A DNA stretch of 64,000 nucleotides. Source: an uncultured delta proteobacterium (GTDB lineage: Bacteria; Desulfobacterota; Binatia; Binatales; Binataceae). Positions 10,535 through 19,884 of this stretch are shown here, piece after piece (the first letter of the stretch is position 1; each line of letters begins with the position of its first letter). The notes under the pieces are model-generated. The model had not been told where the DNA came from. It worked only from the letters and a program-made list of their open reading frames with translations, and searched no databases. The position numbers were made by a program, and so were the translations under genes. Location of the stretch: contig CAVRUK010000006.1 in the NCBI GenBank assembly GCA_963724395.1, positions 2,379,125-2,443,124 of the forward strand. The letters run 5' to 3'.

Positions 10535-12357
10535 CGGCGAAACATTCGCTCGATTTGCCCGCGTCCGAACTGAATATGCACCGGGCGTCCGTGCGGGCAG
10601 TTGGTCTTGAACTCGGTGCGATCCAGTTCGGCGAGCAGCGAATGGATTTCGGCCAGTTCCAGCACGCGCCCGACGCGAACCGAGCCGTGACACGCGAGTT
10701 GCTTCAGCCAATTCTCGAACGCGGCCTCACCGCCGCCGCGAAAGCCCGCATCGCCCATGCTCTCGATCATGTCGCCCAGCAGCTTCGCGCCGCCTTCCGG
10801 CCCGAACACCGCCGGCGCGCCCTTGAGCAGCAGAGTAGTCGGCCCGAACGGCTCGACCTCGAAGCCCATCGCGCGCAGCTCGCTGAGCGCGCCATGCACC
10901 TGCGACGCGCGCGCGGGACTCAGCTCGACCGGCACGGGAGTGAGCATCGCCTGCGTGCGAATCCCGCCGTCGCGAAGCTCGCGGCGCAATTTTTCGAACG
11001 TGACACGCTCGTGCGCCGCGTGCTGATCGATCAGCAGCAGACCCTCCTCGGTTTCGAGCGCGATATAGCCGGCGAAGATTTGTCCAATCACGCGGAGCTT
11101 CGAGTACATTGGTATTGGCGCTGCAGTCGCTGCGGGGCGTGCGTCGCGATCGTAAGCAAGGGTCAGCGGGCGCTGAAACGTCGTATGCGTGGGGGCGTCG
11201 GGCACCAGCCGCAGCGGAGCGTCGACGCGTGGACTCGGAGCCGAATCGTCGGCGCGATCGCGCTCGCCCGGCGACGACATTGTGATGAGTCCCATCGCGG
11301 CGTCATCGGCGGATCGCGCCGGCGTGTCAACTAAAGTTGCGACGGGCGCATTTTCGGTTTGATCCGCCAAGCGGTCGCGGAGCGCGTGATAGACCACGTC
11401 AAAAACCGCGCCGCCGTTGCGAAAGCGGACCTCGGTTTTCATCGGATGCACGTTGACGTCAACATCTTCGGGCCGCATATCGACGAACAGCAGCGTCGCC
11501 GGATGACGCCCGCGCGGGATCAGTGTCTGGTAGGCCTGCTCGATTGCGCGAATCAACATGCGGTCGCGCACTGAGCGGCCGTTGACGAAGGTGAAGATCA
11601 TCCTGCCGGTGGCGAACGACTCCTGACTGGTCGCCGCGAGCCCTTGCGCGCGAATGCCGGGCCGACCGAGGTCGAAGGCAAGCATCCGCGATGCGATCTT
11701 CGGACCGAACACCTGGCGGAATCGTTCGAGCGCCGAGTTGGCGCGCGCCAAATCGAAGATGGTACGGCCGTCGGCGGACAGGCGGAACGCGATCTGGTGA
11801 TTGGCGAGCGCGACGCGCTGGAACGACTCGGCGATAGCGCCCTGCTCGGTCGCCAGCGTCTTCAGAAACTTGAGCCGGGCAGGAGTGTTGAAGAAGAGCT
11901 GGCGGACTTCGATGCGGGTCCCGGCCGCAATCGCGCAGGTGCGCGTATCTTCGATATTGCCGGCTTCGGCTGCGATCTCGACGCCGTGCTCGTCTGCGGC
12001 GCGACGCGTCTGCATCCGAAGATGCGATACGCTGGCGATCGAGGCGAGCGCCTCGCCGCGAAACCCGAGCGTGCGAATCGCGGTCAGGTCGGCGGCGCTG
12101 CGAATCTTCGAGGTTGCATGACGCCGGAGCGAAAGGATCGCGTCGGCGCGCGTCATGCCGGAGCCGTCGTCGGCGACCGCGATGAGCGCCGAGCCGCCAC
12201 CCAGAATTTCGACGCTGACTGAGTGCGCGCCCGCGTCGAGCGAGTTCTCGACGAGCTCCTTGACGGCGGAGGCCGGCCGCTCGACGACCTCGCCCGCCGC
12301 AATCTGGCTCGCGACCTGCTCGGGCAGGATGTGGACAATGTGGTCGGACATGTTCAA
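10531..12357 (-). CDS. mutL: DNA mismatch repair protein MutL
   Basis: GHKL ATPase N-terminus ('ASAVKELVENSLDAGA', 'DDGSGM'), C-terminal dimerisation domain; mutL-miaA synteny. Confidence 0.9.
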   Translation of the reverse strand: MNMSDHIVHILPEQVASQIAAGEVVERPASAVKELVENSLDAGAHSVSVEILGGGSALIAVADDGSGMTRADAILSLRRHATSKIRSAADLTAIRTLGFRGEALASIASVSHLRMQTRRAADEHGVEIAAEAGNIEDTRTCAIAAGTRIEVRQLFFNTPARLKFLKTLATEQGAIAESFQRVALANHQIAFRLSADGRTIFDLARANSALERFRQVFGPKIASRMLAFDLGRPGIRAQGLAATSQESFATGRMIFTFVNGRSVRDRMLIRAIEQAYQTLIPRGRHPATLLFVDMRPEDVDVNVHPMKTEVRFRNGGAVFDVVYHALRDRLADQTENAPVATLVDTPARSADDAAMGLITMSSPGERDRADDSAPSPRVDAPLRLVPDAPTHTTFQRPLTLAYDRDARPAATAAPIPMYSKLRVIGQIFAGYIALETEEGLLLIDQHAAHERVTFEKLRRELRDGGIRTQAMLTPVPVELSPARASQVHGALSELRAMGFEVEPFGPTTLLLKGAPAVFGPEGGAKLLGDMIESMGDAGFRGGGEAAFENWLKQLACHGSVRVGRVLELAEIHSLLAELDRTEFKTNCPHGRPVHIQFGRGQIERMFRR

Positions 12358-12533
12358 CTAGACATTGTAGCTTTCGGACTGTTTAACTGGATACTCAAGC
12401 AACTCGCCGCCGCGGCGTCAAAACCGGGGAATTGCTGCTGCATGGGTTGAAGATCGGGGCGGGTTTTGAAAAGCTCTCGGCGCGGCGAATTCGCTTTTGC
12501 GCTTTATCACTTTATTACTGCATCGCTCAAACG

Positions 12534-13778
12534 ATGAAAAAAATCATGGCAATGCTGCTCGGCGCGGCAATGATTGTGGCCGCAGCCGCGGCGGGTGCGC
12601 ATGCGGAGGCGGAACGGCTCAGGATCGGGGTCGGCGTGATCGGACCGATCTCACCGCAGACCGAGGCCGATATCGACACGCTGGTCGGCAAGCTGCCGAA
12701 CGTGACGGCGGTGCCGATTCAGCCGCCGGGCGGGGTCGACGCATGCGTCAAGCGATTCGTCGCGGGCGAGGCGGACGATCGGCTCGACGCGGTGATGGTC
12801 GTGAGCCTGCCGACCGAGTCATTTCAATCGCAGCGCGACTCGAACGAGGCGCGATTCACCGGCGCTTACGAAATCTGGACGCTCAATCTTTCGACGCTGG
12901 TCGAAGACCGCCATCGCTTCACCTTTACCGACAGCGAGGCGGTGATCGGCGGCTTGTCCGCGTTCCTGGCGCTGCCGGCACAGGCGTTCGCCGAGCGCGC
13001 CACGGGTAAAAAGCTCATCTCGAGCGATCAGTGGCAGGCGTTCGAGGCGGTGCAGACGCGCGTCGAGGCCAAGCTGGTCGCGGCGACCAAGCTCTACCTG
13101 GAAACGGCGTCGATCCGCGACACCGGTCCGCTGAATCCGCTCGAGACGGCGAAAGCGCTGCTCGATCGCGGCGATGGCGAGGACGCGATGGCGGTCTTCA
13201 AGTCGGCGGGCGGCGTCAACAATCCCGAGGTTCAGCGAATGATCGCGAACGCGCAGGGCCAGTTGCGGCGCAGTGCGGCGAATGCGCTGCTGGGACGCAC
13301 GCTCGGGGCGATGGCGGGCGGGAACGCGGGCGCGGCGCGCGTCATGCTGGCCGACTATGAGAAGGCCCCGTCGGCCGAGAGCTCGCGTGCGGATTCGATT
13401 CGCCGGGTGCTGGCGGATGTGCCCGACCATCGCGCGGAATCGATTTATGACGGCGTCATGAGGAGCGACGTGCCCGCGCTCGACCATCAGGCGTTCATCG
13501 CAATGATCAAGCAGGTCTTCATCGAGCAGACCGGCTCGGCGCCGAACGACGTGATCGTCAGCGGCAAAGACCTCGTGATCGAAGACAAGGACGCGCCGCA
13601 GGGGCTCAAGCAGCAGCTTGACAGTTACGCGGCCGCGCTCGGACGCAGCGCGTGGCTGATGAGCCTCAAGTGCGGATGCGACGCGGGCGCGGTGCTCGAG
13701 AGCGAAGCGGTCGGCGAGGCGCTGCTCAAGGCGAAGTATTCACCCTCTTTCAAGCGGCCGCAGGTCGGGCTACCCTAG
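12534..13778 (+). CDS. secreted hypothetical protein
   Basis: Start moved to MKKIMAMLLGAAMIVAAAAAGAHA (signal peptide). Coding-like composition; no family recognised. Confidence 0.5.
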   Translation: MKKIMAMLLGAAMIVAAAAAGAHAEAERLRIGVGVIGPISPQTEADIDTLVGKLPNVTAVPIQPPGGVDACVKRFVAGEADDRLDAVMVVSLPTESFQSQRDSNEARFTGAYEIWTLNLSTLVEDRHRFTFTDSEAVIGGLSAFLALPAQAFAERATGKKLISSDQWQAFEAVQTRVEAKLVAATKLYLETASIRDTGPLNPLETAKALLDRGDGEDAMAVFKSAGGVNNPEVQRMIANAQGQLRRSAANALLGRTLGAMAGGNAGAARVMLADYEKAPSAESSRADSIRRVLADVPDHRAESIYDGVMRSDVPALDHQAFIAMIKQVFIEQTGSAPNDVIVSGKDLVIEDKDAPQGLKQQLDSYAAALGRSAWLMSLKCGCDAGAVLESEAVGEALLKAKYSPSFKRPQVGLP

Positions 13779-13808
13779 CAGGATCATCCAGGTCCGAACG
13801 GAAGACTC

Positions 13809-13997
13809 ATGAGACATTGCGCATACTGCAAGAAGCAGCCGTCAGTCGGCAACAACGTCAGTCACGCGAACAACAAGACCAAGCGCCGGTGGAATCCCAA
13901 CCTCCAGGAAGTGCGCGCCGAGATAAACGGCAACGTGCGGCGAATCCTGGTCTGCACGCGATGTATCCGCTCGGGCAAGGTCAGGAAGAGCGCCTGA
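13809..13997 (+). CDS. rpmB: 50S ribosomal protein L28
   Basis: 62 aa; bL28 motifs ('C.YC.K....[19 protein letters not shown]'). Confidence 0.85.
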   Translation: MRHCAYCKKQPSVGNNVSHANNKTKRRWNPNLQEVRAEINGNVRRILVCTRCIRSGKVRKSA

Positions 13998-14018
13998 CGG
14001 ACGCCGGTCGACCCGGAC

Positions 14019-14369
14019 TCATAACAACGCTTCGAGCTTTTCCGGGGGACGCGCTATGATTGCGCGCTTGCCGCGAATGACGATTGGGCGCTGCATCAGC
14101 TCGGGATGCTCGAGCAGGAGCGCGATGACCGCCTGCTTGTCGACGTAGTCGGCGGGATTCAGCTTTAGCTCCTTGAAGCGCTTGTCCTTGCGGACCAGGT
14201 CGGCGACAGGATCGTCGAGCATGTCGATAATTTTACCTAGCGTCTCGCGACTCGGATGATCTTTCAGATATTCGATGATGTCGAACTCGACATCGCGCGC
14301 GCGGAGCATCTCGACGGCGCCGCGCGAGTTGCCTCAGCCAGGGTTGTGATACAGCGTTATGCGTTCCAT
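14019..14369 (-). CDS. arsC: arsenate reductase ArsC (glutaredoxin-coupled, E. coli R773 type) with in-frame TGA at the catalytic Cys position; putative selenoprotein
   Basis: Extending ORF 14019..14309 upstream in frame gives GAGGAAAACG-ATG at 14369 and the product 'MERITLYHNPG-U-GNSRGAVEMLRARDV...'. This aligns with E. coli ArsC 'ITIYHNPACGTSRNTLEMIR...PPSRDEL...LQHPILINRPIVV', with Cys12 replaced by TGA at 14334-14336. A GC-rich hairpin starts 3-4 nt after the TGA. Confidence 0.6.
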
Positions 14370-14460
14370 CGTTTTCCTCATTTTTCGAAGGCTGCGGTGA
14401 CCTCTCCACGCTAGAATAACGGGCGAGAGACCAGAGAGTACAGGCTTTGATGGAAATGCC

Positions 14461-15111
14461 GTGAGCGGCTACAATTCATCCGGTCGCGAAACCAATTGCC
14501 ATGGAGTCCTTGTGAAGAACATTTCTAATCGCGGGTCCAGCCGCCCTCTTCGTTTCGCGGCGGTTGCTCTATCGGTTGCGGTCGCCGCGGGTCTCGCTGC
14601 TGGAGCGCGGATTGCGGGCGCGGCGAATGTGAGCGGCTTGATGTCGTATCGCGATGGCAGGCCGGCGGACAAGCGCGAGCTTCATTATGAGAACCGTGCC
14701 ACGAGCGATATCTACGTCGCACCGACCAAGCCCGACGGCTCGTTCACGGCGGATCTGCCGCCAGGCGTCTACGATCTGCGCGCCGAACGCGGAGTAGTTC
14801 TCGCCAGCGGGATTCGCGTCGATGCCGCCGACGTCAATATCGGTCATGTCGTCGAGCCGGCGCCGCTGGACGTACGCCGCCCGTTCGAGCGTGAAGGCAT
14901 AGCGGAGGCGCTCGTCGAGAGCCCGGCGCCCGCGACTGCGAACTTGACTTCGGGACGTGCTATCGCGGCGATGAGATACGGGCACGAGGCGATTGCTCCA
15001 ATGGGAGCGCCGGGGACGCCGGCGCCGCAATCCACTCCGCTCGGCGAGCTGATGCCCGAAGCGGGCGCCTCACCTTCGACGATGGAAGTACCTGGTTACG
15101 TCGGACACTGA
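14461..15111 (+). CDS. secreted carboxypeptidase-regulatory-domain-like (beta-sandwich) protein
   Basis: Signal-peptide-like hydrophobic segment; 'DG.F.....PPGVYDLRAE..G' pattern typical of the CarboxypepD_reg fold. Exact start uncertain. Confidence 0.45.
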   Translation: MSGYNSSGRETNCHGVLVKNISNRGSSRPLRFAAVALSVAVAAGLAAGARIAGAANVSGLMSYRDGRPADKRELHYENRATSDIYVAPTKPDGSFTADLPPGVYDLRAERGVVLASGIRVDAADVNIGHVVEPAPLDVRRPFEREGIAEALVESPAPATANLTSGRAIAAMRYGHEAIAPMGAPGTPAPQSTPLGELMPEAGASPSTMEVPGYVGH

Positions 15112-15131
15112 GCGGGTCAGCGCACCACCGG

Positions 15132-15521
15132 TTAGCCGGCGGAGCGTTCGACGAATTCGAGCCGGTTACCCCATGGGTCGCGCACGAAGAAGCGCTGCTG
15201 GCCGGGGAATCTATTGCCCGCGATTATTTCGACACCGGCGGCCTCGAGGCGCCGGCGCATCGCTTCCAGATTAGCAACGCGAAAGGCGGGGTGGCGGCGC
15301 GAGGCCTTGTTCACCGCCGACGCGTCCTTCTCGGTGGTCAGATGGAGCTGTTGGCTGCCGCATTGGTACCATGCGCCGGGCCGGCCGCTGTCGGTGTTGG
15401 CGGGACGTTGGAGCGGTTCGAGGCCGAGCAGGTCCTGGTAGAATGCGCGGGCGCTGGCGAGCGCGTCGTCGCCGGCGTCGATCAGAAGGTTTACGTGATC
15501 GAGTCCGATAATCAGGCCCAT
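15132..15521 (-). CDS. VOC (glyoxalase/dioxygenase fold) family protein
   Basis: 'GLDHVNL...FYQDLLGLE' N-terminal VOC motif. Start moved to MGLIIGLDH. Confidence 0.6.
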   Translation of the reverse strand: MGLIIGLDHVNLLIDAGDDALASARAFYQDLLGLEPLQRPANTDSGRPGAWYQCGSQQLHLTTEKDASAVNKASRRHPAFRVANLEAMRRRLEAAGVEIIAGNRFPGQQRFFVRDPWGNRLEFVERSAG

Positions 15522-15630
15522 CGGCAATCCTCTTCGCGTTGGCTCGGCCGATTCGATTTTTTTCCAGCGAGTGCTGCGAGTCAATCGCCTTAAGCGCGCG
15601 CGGTGCGCGTGATATACGGATGCGACACTC

Positions 15631-17540
15631 GTGAATTTCCGGTTGCTGCAAAAGCTCGCGACCGCGGCCTGCGCGATTGCCGCGATTTACCTGCTCTCGA
15701 TTCTCGTCACGGGCGGCTACGCGGTGAATTTTGCCGGCGCCAGCTTCGACGCCGACAAGCTATGGCCCGCGATCGTGGCGATGCTGGGCTTCGCACTGCT
15801 GCGAACGTTCTTTCGGCATAGATCGATCGAAGGCGCGCTGCGGTCGAGTCCTGGATTTATCGTTTTCTCGGTTGCGCTGATCGTATTTCTCGCCAATGGC
15901 CGCACGATTTCCGGCGGCGACTCGGTGCCCGCGAAATATCTGCCGCTGAGCATCCTCGGCCACGGCAACTTCTACCTCGATCAACTGGCAACTTCAGGCG
16001 AGAAAAAAATCCCCTACTATCTATATGAGAGCGGCGGCCATTACGTGTCCGACTTTCCGGTCGGCGCCGCGCTGATGGCGCTGCCATTCTACGTGCCGTC
16101 AGTAGTGTGCGGCGTCAGCCCCAGCAGCAGGATTTTCTCCGAGCTCGAAAAAGTTTCCGCGGCGACTTTGGTGGCGCTCTCCGCCCTGCTGCTCTACCTG
16201 GCCGCCGTGCGCGTGACCGCCAACTGGATGGCGATGCTGCTGACGCTGCTCTACGCGTTGGGAACCACCAGTCTCAGCGTAAGCAGCCAGGCGCTGTGGC
16301 AGCATGCTCCCGCGCAGCTCGCGCTAGCCGCGGCGATCTATTGCCTGGTACGCGCACGCGACGATCCGCGCTGGGCGGGATACGCCGGGCTGCCGCTCGC
16401 CTTCGAGGTGATCACGCGTCCGGCCGATGCGCTGATCGCGGCGCCGCTCGGACTGTACGTGCTCGTCAGCTATCGTCGCGAGATCTGGGTGTTCATCGCA
16501 ACCGCGACCCCGCCGCTGCTTTTTCAACTGTGGTACAGCGCCGCCTACTTCGGCACGCCGTTTCGAATACAATTTCTCGCGCATCCGCAGTCGGCGGGCG
16601 GCCAGACCGCCGGCGTGGACGACACCGCTCGCGAAGGGATTGGCGGTAGTGTTATTCAGTCCCGGCCGCGGACTGCTTTTTCTACTCGCCGATTTTCATT
16701 CTCTCAATCGTCGGATTGGCGCTGGCGTGGCGGAGAAATGGCGACCTGCTGCTGCGCTACCTCAGCGTCGGCGCGATTTTGAGCATATTGGTGGTCGCCA
16801 AATGGCGTACGTCCTCCGGTGGCGAGTCCTTCGGCCCGCGACTGCTCGCGGATCTGTCACCGATAATGGCGTTCGCGCTGTTTCCGCTCAAGGATTCCAT
16901 CCGCAATCGACGCGCGCTCGCGGTCGCCTTCGCATTGCTTGGCGCATGGTCGATAACCGCCAACGGTTTTGGCGCGTTTATCAGTTATCGGGGATGGAAC
17001 CGCTGGGCGCTCAACGATGCCGACACGCGACTGTGGTTGTGGGGCGACAATCCGGTCGTCGATCCGTTTCGCTCGCTTCTCGACTCGATCAGAATTGCGC
17101 TGGCTCATCGTCCAACCAGCCGAAGCTCGCCCGACCTGCTCGATGCCCGCTTCATCGTGCTCGATCCGCCTCGACCCGATGCCGCGCCGGGAGCGCACGT
17201 CCGCGTTGCCCTGCGCGCAACCAACACCGGCAAGGCGGTCTGGCTCACGGGGCGTTCACCGGATGAACCCGGTGTGGTCAGCCTGGGATGGGAGTGGAAG
17301 CGCGAGGGTAAGGCGGTCGGCGAGAGCGAAGCGCGGCGCGAGCTTCACCTGAACGTATTTCCGGACGACTCGATGGATGTACAGGCATCCGCGCTGGCGC
17401 CCGATGCGCCCGGCCAGTACGAGCTGGAAGTTTCGCTCGCGGCGGGAACCGGAAACCATGCGCCTCGTACAATTGGGCTGCCCTTGACGGTTCCGATAAC
17501 GGTCGTCGGCGCCGACGCGGCATCCGGCAGCGCGCCGTAA
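15631..17540 (+). pseudogene. polytopic membrane GT-C-like glycosyltransferase with C-terminal periplasmic beta-sandwich domain; reading frame interrupted by an apparent single-nucleotide frameshift near 16650-16700
   Basis: The membrane-protein signal is continuous in frame 1 up to about 16660 and then continues in frame 0 ('...YSPIFILSIVGLALAWRRNG...'). The third overlapping ORF is Arg-rich nonsense. This is either a genuine disruption or a sequencing indel. Confidence 0.45.
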
Positions 17541-17577
17541 CCGGCAAATCAGATCAGAGGTTGCGGCCGAGCGGTAA

Positions 17578-18348
17578 TCATTTGCTGCCGCTGGCGGGAG
17601 TCGGCTGGCCGCCGGGGCCACCGCCACCGCTAAACCCTCCGGCTCCAGCCGCGGCCCCTACGCCAACGCCAGCCGCCAGGCCTACTCCGAGCGCGGTCGC
17701 ACCAAGCGCGCCCAAACCTGCACTTCCTTCCCAGAATGCGCCGCATCTGATCTCGCTATGCTTTCCCTGGTGAACGTCCCGGCATTGCGGAGGATTGTCA
17801 GTATTGCAGAACAGCACCGTGCCGTCCTCGACGTCGACGCGGGTCCGTTTGCGGCATCCCTTCGAGCCTTCGTGCTCGTCTTCGTCGTAGTCGGTATCCC
17901 ACTCGGTCCCGCGAACGGCTCCGACGGCGTTGGGGGTGTTCACCTGGAAGTTCGTCGAACTCCCGCGCATCGCACCTACGATCAAGGAGTGCAGATGGCC
18001 GCCCAGCAGTCCGACCTTGCTCGGTGCGCCTACTCCGTTGACCAGCACGCTTTCGTCAAATGTCAGGGTCGATGAGGGCCCCAATTTCAGAGAGCTATTG
18101 TCCACCAGCGCGATGGTCATTGCGGTGTTCGCGTCGGTCGCTACCTTGTCGTGCAGCATGATCGGCAGATTCGGCGCAGCCGCGATGGTCGCGCCGTTGC
18201 GTTGAATGTTCGCCGTACCTTGCAGTTGAGAGATCGTGCCGACCGTATTTTGTGCGCGCGCGGCTGGAACCGCTGTCACAAACGCAAGCATTGCCAGCAC
18301 GAACAGCGAAGCGATTCTAGAACATCTCATCTGCTTTTGCCTCTGCAT
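17578..18348 (-). CDS. secreted FecR-domain protein with Gly/Ala-rich C-terminal module
   Basis: Signal peptide; FecR-like beta-sandwich region ('ISQLQGTANIQRNG...IMLHDKVATDANTAMTIALVDNSSLKLGPSSTLTF'); C-terminus 'CGAFWEGSAGLGALGATALGVGLAAGVGVGAAAGAGGFSGGGGPGGQPTPASGSK'. Confidence 0.6.
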   Translation of the reverse strand: MQRQKQMRCSRIASLFVLAMLAFVTAVPAARAQNTVGTISQLQGTANIQRNGATIAAAPNLPIMLHDKVATDANTAMTIALVDNSSLKLGPSSTLTFDESVLVNGVGAPSKVGLLGGHLHSLIVGAMRGSSTNFQVNTPNAVGAVRGTEWDTDYDEDEHEGSKGCRKRTRVDVEDGTVLFCNTDNPPQCRDVHQGKHSEIRCGAFWEGSAGLGALGATALGVGLAAGVGVGAAAGAGGFSGGGGPGGQPTPASGSK

Positions 18349-18534
18349 TATGGCCTGCGTTATTCAATCCCCTCTATTCAAAAACTGACCGCGCTCAGTA
18401 TTGCAAAATGCCTAGATTGACGAAAAGGGGGTGAATTTGGCGCCAATACGTATACCCTTTAACCGGTAGCAGTGGCTAGAGCCATTACGACCCGCATCTT
18501 TGACAATTTCATGAAGGTTATGCTTGAGCATTTT

Positions 18535-19731
18535 TCAGTTGATGGCGGCCTCTGAGCGATCGCTCAAGATACCCACCGCGTCATCCTGAAGACTGACGCG
18601 ATGATCTCTCGCCAACACGGTCGTGTAGAGATTCAGCGTCCGAGCACCCATTTTACGGATTCCGAATTCGTTGACGACCCTATCGCGCGCGGCACGTCCC
18701 ATCCTCATCCGCAGCTCGGAGTCGAGTAACAGCCGGTTGAGCGCGTCCGCCATCGCATCGGAACTCCTGGGCTCGACCGTAAAGCCGGTAACGCCGTCCA
18801 GCGACGCGTAAGGAACGCCGGAATCGATCCGGGTGTTTACCACCGGCCTGCCACACGCCATCGCCTCCAATTGAACCAATCCAAAGGCCTCGCTGCGCTC
18901 ACACGACGGCAGCGCGAAAATATCGCAGGCGTGATAGTAGCTGGCGAGCTCGTCGTGGACCTCGCCGAGAAAAATTACCCGCTCGGAGGTCCCGTTGCTT
19001 GCGGCTTCGCGCTCGAGTTCGGCGCGCAGCGGGCCTTCGCCAATAATCACCAGCTTGGCGTCGACCTTGGACATCGCCTGGATGAGAAACTTCATTCCCT
19101 TGTAATAAACCAGCCGCCCAACCGCCAGAATCACCCTCGGCCCGAAACGCTGGCGCAGCCTGTCGGTGAGCGACCGGTCAACGCGGTCGTTATCGAATTG
19201 CCGCGCGTCGATTCCATAGGGAATCAAATGGCAGCGGCCGGCGTGCTCGCGGAGCACCGGTGAGCTAGCGATATAAGCGGGCGAGGTGGCGACAATCGCG
19301 GCGCATCGGTTAAGCAGCAGGCGTTCGAACGGCTGATAGAGGCGGGCCAGCCGCCGTTGGCGCACGACGTCGCTGTGCCAGGTCACGACCAGCGCTCCGG
19401 CAGGCCGTCCGATCAGGCAGGCGATTACTGCGGCCGGGTTTGGCAGATGCAGATGCACGATATCCGCGCGTTCGCGCCGGAGACTGTTGATCATAGCCGG
19501 GCATATCGGCGCCGCAGCCAGCGTCATCACCCGTCCGAGCCGGACCAGGTCGATGCCCTCGACGCTGCAACGGTCCTGACGCAAACGATCGTTGGCGACG
19601 ATCACTTTCAGATCGACCGACTTGCGCAACTCTGAACACAGGTCCAGGAGATGCGACTCGATACCGCCATGATGGGGCGCAAAGTACTTGCCGATCTGCA
19701 ATACGCGCAGCCGGCCTCCGTTGGAGGTCAT
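18535..19731 (-). CDS. glycosyltransferase family 4
   Basis: GT-B fold GT4 motifs ('EAFGLVQLEAMACGRPVV'). Confidence 0.85.
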   Translation of the reverse strand: MTSNGGRLRVLQIGKYFAPHHGGIESHLLDLCSELRKSVDLKVIVANDRLRQDRCSVEGIDLVRLGRVMTLAAAPICPAMINSLRRERADIVHLHLPNPAAVIACLIGRPAGALVVTWHSDVVRQRRLARLYQPFERLLLNRCAAIVATSPAYIASSPVLREHAGRCHLIPYGIDARQFDNDRVDRSLTDRLRQRFGPRVILAVGRLVYYKGMKFLIQAMSKVDAKLVIIGEGPLRAELEREAASNGTSERVIFLGEVHDELASYYHACDIFALPSCERSEAFGLVQLEAMACGRPVVNTRIDSGVPYASLDGVTGFTVEPRSSDAMADALNRLLLDSELRMRMGRAARDRVVNEFGIRKMGARTLNLYTTVLARDHRVSLQDDAVGILSDRSEAAIN

Positions 19732-19884
19732 CGACGCAACCCTGGCACTTGGACGCCCGCGCTTTGAACTGATTTGTACAAACTCGGAACAGCACGATAC
19801 CTTCGGTTCGTCCGCAGCTAATCACGCCACTCCCGTTAAGCATGACCCGCCGGACGAACCGGGAAATCGAAACCAGGAGTCGAT

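Noticed and set aside
9539-10711. 390 aa version of miaA from the ORF track
   Set aside because: The first 59 residues lie entirely within mutL and are Arg-rich. An internal Met at 10534 gives a normal-length MiaA and the conserved 4 nt mutL/miaA overlap.
16640-17266. 208 aa ORF overlapping the GT-C-like gene
   Set aside because: Except for a short hydrophobic run it is Arg-rich nonsense. The membrane-protein signal continues in the other frame (16716..17540).
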